DNA of 40,000 nucleotides from Zooshikella sp. RANM57 (GTDB lineage Bacteria; Pseudomonadota; Gammaproteobacteria; Pseudomonadales; Zooshikellaceae): NCBI RefSeq assembly GCF_050749885.1, contig NZ_JBOIUB010000011.1, positions 22,118 to 62,117 of the forward strand, read 5' to 3'. Shown piece by piece: positions 33,868 to 40,000 of this stretch (position 1 is its first letter; each line of letters starts with the position of its first letter). The notes under the pieces were generated by a model. It saw only the letters and a program-made list of their open reading frames with translations, ran no database searches and was not told where the DNA came from. The position numbers and the translations under genes were made by a program.

Positions 33868-35048
33868 AAAGGTTCCTGCAAGCCTTTTATGTTTGCTAAA
33901 GCATCAACAAGCTGTTCAACCTGATCCATTGTATGTTGTGCAGAAAAGGTTATTCGTAGCCTAGCCGTTCCTTTGGGTACAGTCGGTGAACGAATTGCTG
34001 TTACCCAAAATCCACGCTTCTGCAACTCATGACTTATCTGTACAGATTGATCAGCATCACCCACCAATACAGGTTGTATGGGAGTACATGACGGCAACAA
34101 CTGCCACCCCTGCTGGCTTACTTCATGGCGGAAAAAGGTGATTAACTGCTGTAAATGTGTTCGCCGCCAACTTTCTTCTTGTAGCAATTTCAAACTGGTT
34201 AACGATGCTGCCGCTAACGCTGGTGGTAAAGCGGTGGTGTAAATGTAGGTTCGTGCAAATTGAATCAATGCTTCAATCAACGTATTAGAACCTGCAACAA
34301 AAGCACCATACGTTCCAAAGGCTTTACCGAGTGTTCCTACTAATATGGGCACTTGTTCAGGACTCAAGCCAAAGTGCTGAATAATTCCTTTACCATGCTC
34401 TCCTAAGACACCAAAACCGTGAGCATCATCAACCATCAACCAGGCATTATAACTTTCTACCAAGTTCACCAATCCTGGTAAGGGCGCTATATCACCATCC
34501 ATGCTAAATACGCCATCTGTGACTACCAATCTTTGCTGCTGAGAAGAGCACTGCTGAAGTCGTCGTTCCAACTGTTTGACATCGGCATGAGCGTAACGTT
34601 GAAAACGAGCCTGACTGATTAATCCTCCATCAATCAACGATGCGTGATTCAGCTTATCCTGGAAAATATAATCGCCTTTTGTTGATAAAGCATTAATCAC
34701 GCCAAGATTAGCCATATAACCGGATGAAAACAGTAATACCCTTTCATATCCAGTAAACTCAGCAAGCGCCTCTTCTAATTGGTTATGAAGTTGATGATGA
34801 CCACACACTAAGTGTGATGCACCACTCCCCACACCATGGCTTTTTGCGGCTTGTTGAAATGAACGAATTACGGCAGGGTGGTTTGCTAAGCCTAGATAAT
34901 CATTACTACAAAAATTAACCATTACTTGCTTTTGGTTAATGACAGTAGGTTGTTGTGGCCCAGTGATTTGTTGACGTTGGCGTAATAAATGCTGACGCTC
35001 ACGCTCTGCAAGGCGTTGCTGTAAAACTTCATCTAGCCTCATACTCAT
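33864..35048 (-). CDS. bioF: 8-amino-7-oxononanoate synthase
   Basis: The PLP-dependent alpha-oxoamine synthase blocks are [22 protein letters not shown] and GTLGKAFG (PLP lysine). ATGA overlap with the bioB stop. Confidence 0.92.
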
Positions 35049-36106
35049 GAAGTTACAGTCGCATCGTAAAACAGTGCTTGGTCCTGATGTTGCTCAATCG
35101 CTTGCTGGAGTTGCTGTGCCTGATCAGTATCAGACTGACCAATGTGTTGCTCAGGTGTTATTCCGAGAGATTTAAAAAGCTGTAAGTCTTTGTTTTTTTC
35201 TGGGTTGGGTGTTGTCAGCAAACACTCTCCATAAAAAATAGAGTTTGCACCTGCAAAAAAAGCTAACGCTTGCATCTCTTTGCTCATATTTTCCCGCCCA
35301 GCAGAAAGGCGCACATAAGACATGGGCATCATGATGCGTGCCAGCGCAATTATCCTAATAAACTCAATAGGATCGACATCCTCAACATCATCCAGAGGAG
35401 TGCCATCCACTTTGACAAGCATGTTAATTGGCACGCTTTCTGGCTGCTGAGGCATGTTTGCTAACTGAATTAATAGTCCTAGCCGATCCTGCTGTCCCTC
35501 ACCCATACCAATAATGCCGCCAGAGCATACTTTTATCCCAGCCTCTCGTACGCTGGCTAAGGTATTAAGCCGATCTTGATAGGTTCGAGTGGTAATGATA
35601 TTTCCATAAAACTCAGGTGAAGTGTCCAGATTGTGGTTGTAATAATCCAAACCTGCTTCTGCTAATGAGCTAGCTTGCTCGTTATCAAGCATACCAAGTG
35701 TCATACAGGTTTCTAACCCTAGTGCTTTTACACCTTTAACCATTTCTAGCACATAGGGCATGTCTTTTTTACTGGGATGCTTCCAGGCTGCGCCCATACA
35801 AAAACGCGTTGCACCCGTCGCTTTAGCATCTTTAGCTTTAGCTAACACAGCCTCGACTTCCATAAGCTTCTGCTTTTCCAGCCCCGTATTATAGTGTCCA
35901 CTCTGTGGACAGTATTTACAGTCTTCTGGACAAGCCCCTGTTTTAATAGAAAGCAGCGTACTGGTTTGAACCTGGTTTGGGTTGAAATATTTGCGGTGAA
36001 CAGTTTGTGCTGTAAAGAGCAAATCATTAAAAGGTTGCTCAAAAAGCGCTTTTACTTCGTCATAAGCCCAATCATGGCGAATATCTTTACTTTCAGTCAC
36101 AGTCAT
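35045..36106 (-). CDS. bioB: biotin synthase
   Basis: The radical-SAM motif is [11 protein letters not shown]. Also present are [12 protein letters not shown] and GMGE. A ~30-aa Gln-rich C-terminal extension follows. Confidence 0.95.
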   Translation of the reverse strand: MTVTESKDIRHDWAYDEVKALFEQPFNDLLFTAQTVHRKYFNPNQVQTSTLLSIKTGACPEDCKYCPQSGHYNTGLEKQKLMEVEAVLAKAKDAKATGATRFCMGAAWKHPSKKDMPYVLEMVKGVKALGLETCMTLGMLDNEQASSLAEAGLDYYNHNLDTSPEFYGNIITTRTYQDRLNTLASVREAGIKVCSGGIIGMGEGQQDRLGLLIQLANMPQQPESVPINMLVKVDGTPLDDVEDVDPIEFIRIIALARIMMPMSYVRLSAGRENMSKEMQALAFFAGANSIFYGECLLTTPNPEKNKDLQLFKSLGITPEQHIGQSDTDQAQQLQQAIEQHQDQALFYDATVTS

Positions 36107-36246
36107 AGTCAGGTCTTCACGGCTTTAAAGGTGGATGGCTCAGGTCATTACAATGAGTGAAACAGTCCTCATTGCTGCTCATTGTGGTCCATTACTTTTG
36201 CAGTGAATGGTAAATTGGTACCGCCCCCTGTCAACCAGAAAAGACT

Positions 36247-36954
36247 ATGAAGGTTTACACTCGATCAATTATTAATCAATTAATGCCAATTCCCTGTTTA
36301 TTATGTGGGGTAACAACTTCATTTGAATGTCGTATATGTAGTCCTTGTCAGAAAAGTCTACCAAGCTTCAACGTCGCCTGCCAAAGCTGTGGCTTACCTA
36401 TTTACTCACCAAATACTGAGCGCTGTGGTCACTGCATAGCAAGGCCAACAATCATAAACCGAACAGTCTGTGGTTTTAGCTATCAGTTTCCTGTGGATAA
36501 ACTTATCCTTCAGTTTAAATATAATCAGCAGTTGGGTATTGGCGAAACGCTTAGTCAGTTGCTTGCTGAAAAAATCAAACAGCAGTATTTGGACGACGCT
36601 CTTCCTGAGCAAATTATTCCTGTTCCCATGCATCCTAAACGTCTTGCTAGCCGAGGATTTAATCAAGCAGCACTCATTAGTAAGCAACTAAGTAAGTACC
36701 TTAATATCCCTATCAATACCCAAAGTTGTAAGCGCGTGATTGAGACTAAGCCTCAAGAAGGTCTTAATGCCAAACAACGGTCAAAAAATTTACAGCACGC
36801 ATTTACAAGCACACACACTGTCTCACCACATATCGTGATTGTTGATGATGTCATTACGACAGGGGCGACCATTAATGCCCTGGTTGAAACACTCAACTCA
36901 GCCAGAGTTAAACGGATTGATGTTTGGAGCCTAGCAAGAACCCCTGCCAGCTGA
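36247..36954 (+). CDS. comF: ComF/GntX-family phosphoribosyltransferase-like competence protein
   Basis: An N-terminal Cys-rich zinc ribbon is present (CLLCG...CSPC...CQSCG...CGHC). The C-terminal PRTase motif is VIVDDVITTGATI. It is divergent from bioB. Confidence 0.85.
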   Translation: MKVYTRSIINQLMPIPCLLCGVTTSFECRICSPCQKSLPSFNVACQSCGLPIYSPNTERCGHCIARPTIINRTVCGFSYQFPVDKLILQFKYNQQLGIGETLSQLLAEKIKQQYLDDALPEQIIPVPMHPKRLASRGFNQAALISKQLSKYLNIPINTQSCKRVIETKPQEGLNAKQRSKNLQHAFTSTHTVSPHIVIVDDVITTGATINALVETLNSARVKRIDVWSLARTPAS

Positions 36955-37070
36955 TAAGCTCGCTGCACAAGAGTTTGAACTCAATACATTCTGCTCTATG
37001 TTTGACCTTTTCTTACAGCAGTATTAACACACTCATAATTGATCTAGATTTTATAAAAAAGGATGCTGCT

Positions 37071-37922
37071 ATGTGCTGCAGGAAAAATGCACATCTCTCA
37101 AGTTTGAAAATAACTAAGCAACAGCTGTGTTATTTTTCTCAGGGGCTTCTTGATTTACGTTTTTCATTTTTAACGTTTTTGTTTTTTTGGCTTTTAATAA
37201 GCTACCCAGCGCTTTCACTTGCATCACTTCCTCCTAAAAAAGTGATTACCATTGCAGTTGCCAGTAATTTTAAGCCAACACTTAATCAACTCAGTGAGCA
37301 TTATCAACAGCAAAATAAAAACCAAAAAGTTGTACTCAGTAGTGCTGCGACAGGTGTTTTATTTACCCAAATCCGCCAAGGGGCACCCTATGATGCTTTT
37401 TTTTCAGCCGATAGCCTTCGCCCTAAGTTATTAGAACAGGCAGGTCTTTCACTACCTAACTCTCGTATCACCTATGCTCATGGTCAGCTTGTTTTATGGT
37501 CAAGAGAATTCGCTGGCTCAATTCATTCAAAGACAGTAAAACAGCTTCTACAAAAAACCACCCAACTGAGTATTGCCAACCCTAAGACAGCACCTTACGG
37601 TTTAGCCGCTCAACAAGTTTTACAAAAACTCAATTTATGGCCATACCCAAATTTAGTGATGGGACACAACATTGCACAAACCCTGCAATTTATTCAAACG
37701 GGCAATGCAACGGCTGGCTTTGTTGCCAAAGCCCAACTCCCTTTTATTAAACAAGGGCAAACATGGGAAATACCACAAGCTTGGTATCAGCCTATAGAAC
37801 AGCAAGCCATCATACTTAAACGCAGCCAGGAAACAGAAGCCACTCAACAGTTTTTTAATTTCATTCGCAGTAAAAAGGCCAAAGCAATAATCAAACAAGC
37901 AGGTTATGATTTACCTGAATGA
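37071..37922 (+). CDS. modA: molybdate ABC transporter periplasmic binding protein
   Basis: ModA blocks are ITIAVASNF, PYDAFFSAD, IANPKTAPYG and the GNA..GFV region. It lies upstream of modBC. The start is placed at ATG 37071, which has AAGGA 7 nt upstream. The track start at 36924 (TTG) overlaps comF. Confidence 0.85.
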   Translation: MCCRKNAHLSSLKITKQQLCYFSQGLLDLRFSFLTFLFFWLLISYPALSLASLPPKKVITIAVASNFKPTLNQLSEHYQQQNKNQKVVLSSAATGVLFTQIRQGAPYDAFFSADSLRPKLLEQAGLSLPNSRITYAHGQLVLWSREFAGSIHSKTVKQLLQKTTQLSIANPKTAPYGLAAQQVLQKLNLWPYPNLVMGHNIAQTLQFIQTGNATAGFVAKAQLPFIKQGQTWEIPQAWYQPIEQQAIILKRSQETEATQQFFNFIRSKKAKAIIKQAGYDLPE

Positions 37923-38046
37923 AGCTAAGCCTCACATACCAATACCCCTAACCGTTGACGTCAGGTAATCATCATCAGTGACTTATACGGCATAGCTTTT
38001 TACTCATAATGCTCTATAAAGCTGAATAAAGCTGATCAATTTATTT

Positions 38047-38739
38047 ATGTTTAGTGCTACAGATATCGCCGCTATTATCATTACACTTAAGCTAGCATTT
38101 ATTACCACACTACTGTTAATGCTGCTTGCTCCACCCATTGCCTGGTGGCTAAGTCATACTCAAAGCAAAGCCAGATCGCTTATTGAAGCGCTTGTCGCCA
38201 TGCCATTAATTTTACCCCCCACTGTATTAGGCTTTTATCTTCTACTCCTTTTTTCACCCAATAGTCCTGTTGGAAGCGCATGGTTACAACTCACAGGTTC
38301 AACATTGGCTTTTAATTTTAGTGGTTTGGTCATTGGCTCAATTTTTTATTCTCTACCTTTTGCAGTTCAGCCCTTACAGAGTGGTTTTCATCAAGTCGAT
38401 CATGGTTTAATTCAAGCAGCAACCACACTAGGTGCTTCTCCCTGGAATGTATTCACCCGTGTTATTTTTCCACTCACCAAGCGAAGTTTTATCATTGCTG
38501 CAACTTTATGCTTTGCCCATACCATTGGCGAGTTTGGTGTTGTACTTATGCTGGGGGGGAATATACCTGGCAAAACCCAGGTAATTTCAATTGCACTTTT
38601 TGATCATGTTGAGTCACTTAACTATATCCAGGCACACTGGTTAGCTGCTGTTTTAGTGCTTTTCTCGCTGATCGTGCTTTGGCTTGTTTATGGTTTACAA
38701 GGTAAAAAACGCCAAAAAAAGTTTAGCTCTGTCAGTTAA
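38047..38739 (+). CDS. modB: molybdate ABC transporter permease
   Basis: 230 aa with 5-6 TM helices. The EAA-loop region is IQAATTLGASPWNVFTRVIFPL. Confidence 0.9.
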   Translation: MFSATDIAAIIITLKLAFITTLLLMLLAPPIAWWLSHTQSKARSLIEALVAMPLILPPTVLGFYLLLLFSPNSPVGSAWLQLTGSTLAFNFSGLVIGSIFYSLPFAVQPLQSGFHQVDHGLIQAATTLGASPWNVFTRVIFPLTKRSFIIAATLCFAHTIGEFGVVLMLGGNIPGKTQVISIALFDHVESLNYIQAHWLAAVLVLFSLIVLWLVYGLQGKKRQKKFSSVS

Positions 38740-38768
38740 CACATCATTTTTTATGTAAATAACATATC

Positions 38769-39851
38769 ATGCTGCAGTTAGATATTAAGCTGGATCACCA
38801 GCAAAATTTCACACTTGACCTGTCCTACACTTTTCAGTCAGGTGGTATCACTGGTATTTTCGGCCCTTCAGGTAGTGGCAAATCAACTTTACTAAACTGT
38901 ATTGCTGGACTCGAACCCGCACTGAATGGCTCAGTGCTCTGTAATAGCTGTTACTGGCATAATCAACAGCAAGTGTTAACTAAAAATCACCTTCGTGGTT
39001 TAGGCTATGTTTTCCAACAACCCCGCTTGTTTCCTCATTTAGACTGCTTGGCAAACCTAACATTCAGCCAACGTTGGCGATCAAATGTCAGCACAGGCTC
39101 TCCCGATATTGATGAAGTCATTCATGAGCTGGGTCTATCCCCTCTGCTAAGCCTTTACCCTCATCAACTATCAGGGGGACAAAAGCAAAAAATTGCGCTT
39201 GGTCGAGCACTATTAAGTACTGAGTCAGTGTTACTCATGGATGAGCCACTCTCTGCTGTAGACCAGCAAAGTAAACAACAAATTACTGCCTGGCTTTATC
39301 AACTAAGCCAACGTTGGCCTATACCCTGGCTTTACGTCAGTCATGAAATCAACGAGCTGTATCGTATCGCTCGTGAGCTTATTGTGATGTCATCTGGTCA
39401 GATCCAACTTGCTGGCGACCTGCTTTCATTAAGCCAACAAGCCCATCAATTTTTATCCTCTCCCGCAGATGCTGGTGCACTACTGGTAGGTACCGTCATT
39501 AACCATGATGATCATTATGGATTAACCCAGCTGGATATTAGTCCACAGTCACTACTGGTTGAGCGACTGCCATTTAATTGCGGCTGCCCTGTTCGGCTGC
39601 AAGTACCTGCGCGCGATGTAAGCTTAAGTCTGACTCGCCCTGAGGGCAGCAGCATACTGAATATTTTACATGGCACTATTACTGAGCTCGCGCCACTAAA
39701 CAGTCATAGCGTGCTTGTGCAAGTGGCCTGTGGAGAACAGCACATACTTTCTCGCATTACCCAAAAGTCTAAAGACCAGCTGCAGTTGGCCTGTGGGATG
39801 CCTGTCTTCTTACAAGTCAAAAGCATTGCTCTACTGAATCAAACAGTTTAG
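38769..39851 (+). CDS. modC: molybdate ABC transporter ATP-binding protein
   Basis: Walker A is GPSGSGKST, the signature is LSGGQKQK and Walker B is LLMDEPLSAVD. The C-terminal TOBE/Mop-like domain is colinear with E. coli ModC. Confidence 0.92.
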   Translation: MLQLDIKLDHQQNFTLDLSYTFQSGGITGIFGPSGSGKSTLLNCIAGLEPALNGSVLCNSCYWHNQQQVLTKNHLRGLGYVFQQPRLFPHLDCLANLTFSQRWRSNVSTGSPDIDEVIHELGLSPLLSLYPHQLSGGQKQKIALGRALLSTESVLLMDEPLSAVDQQSKQQITAWLYQLSQRWPIPWLYVSHEINELYRIARELIVMSSGQIQLAGDLLSLSQQAHQFLSSPADAGALLVGTVINHDDHYGLTQLDISPQSLLVERLPFNCGCPVRLQVPARDVSLSLTRPEGSSILNILHGTITELAPLNSHSVLVQVACGEQHILSRITQKSKDQLQLACGMPVFLQVKSIALLNQTV

Positions 39852-39901
39852 TCTGCAAACTTTGATAGCATTAGTAACTGTGAATTTTTAGGGGGTAGCT
39901 T

Positions 39902-40000
39902 ATGCATAATGAAACTCAGGACATTGCTACCAACAGCCACCCTTATACTACACTCACGCCCGACTGCGTACTTGATGCTGTTGAGTCATTAGGCTTCTTA
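39902..40000 (+). CDS. 5' end of an SrkA/YihE-like stress-response kinase gene (truncated by window end)
   Basis: An ATG with a GGGGG RBS-like tract. The translation MHNETQDIATNSHPYTTLTPDCVLDAVESLGFL resembles the E. coli SrkA N-terminus (..FQTLHPDTIMDALFEHGI..). Only 33 codons are visible. Confidence 0.45.
   Translation, partial: MHNETQDIATNSHPYTTLTPDCVLDAVESLGFL

Noticed and set aside
36150-36185. ACAATGAG-N20-CTCATTGT inverted repeat in the bioB/comF divergent region as a BirA (bioO) operator
   Set aside because: It does not match the TGTAAACC...GGTTTACA-type BirA consensus I know, and the arms are only 8 bp. It may still be regulatory, but I cannot support the call.
36924-37070. N-terminal 49-codon extension of modA starting at TTG 36924
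   Set aside because: It overlaps the comF 3' end, has no RBS and lies before the signal-peptide region. ATG 37071 has AAGGA at the correct spacing.
1-40000. Search by eye for tRNA/rRNA genes, CRISPR arrays, transposases/integrases, phage genes and toxin-antitoxin or known defence-system genes
   Set aside because: None were recognised. There are no regularly spaced direct repeats, no tRNA-like GTTCGAATC T-arm context, and no DDE or tyrosine-recombinase-like ORFs in the six-frame track.

Overview
AT-rich gammaproteobacterial-type chromosomal window with no rRNA, tRNA, CRISPR array or recognisable IS/transposase found by eye. It falls into two halves.

The left ~25 kb looks accessory.
(a) 1-1.5 kb holds very AT-rich orphan lipoprotein and membrane genes.
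(b) 1.8-5.4 kb holds a tryptophanase operon: a TnaC-like 24-aa leader peptide, tnaA (long stretches match my recollection of E. coli TnaA), a TnaB-like permease and ridA.
(c) 5.8-13.1 kb holds an unusually organised acyl-homoserine-lactone quorum-sensing locus. luxR and luxI lie on the same strand and are separated by four genes: a TauD-family Fe/2OG dioxygenase, an adenylating acyl-CoA ligase, a 196-aa LuxI/GNAT-like ('thermostable-hemolysin-like') protein and a Bcr/CflA-type MFS exporter. luxI is tightly followed by a catalytically degenerate RibD-like gene.
(d) 13.5-24.7 kb holds a block of secreted hydrolases: a GH19 chitinase, a LasA-like M23 peptidase, a neutral ceramidase and two paralogous S8 subtilases, plus an M50 membrane protease.

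A short palindromic repeat family (TAAGGGCAYCTCTAAAA...TTTTAGARGTRCCCTTA) recurs in the intergenic regions upstream of luxR and of the exoenzyme genes.

The right ~15 kb is housekeeping. It carries two FadE-like ~600-aa acyl-CoA dehydrogenase paralogs flanking hsp20, a SprA-related HExxH protein with a small partner, bioBFHCD, comF, modABC and the 5' end of an srkA-like kinase gene.

The best candidate for an undescribed system is the luxR-[dioxygenase/ligase/acyltransferase-like/exporter]-luxI-ribD-like locus, possibly wired to the neighbouring exoenzyme genes. All family calls come from motif recognition by eye and memory; no searches were run.
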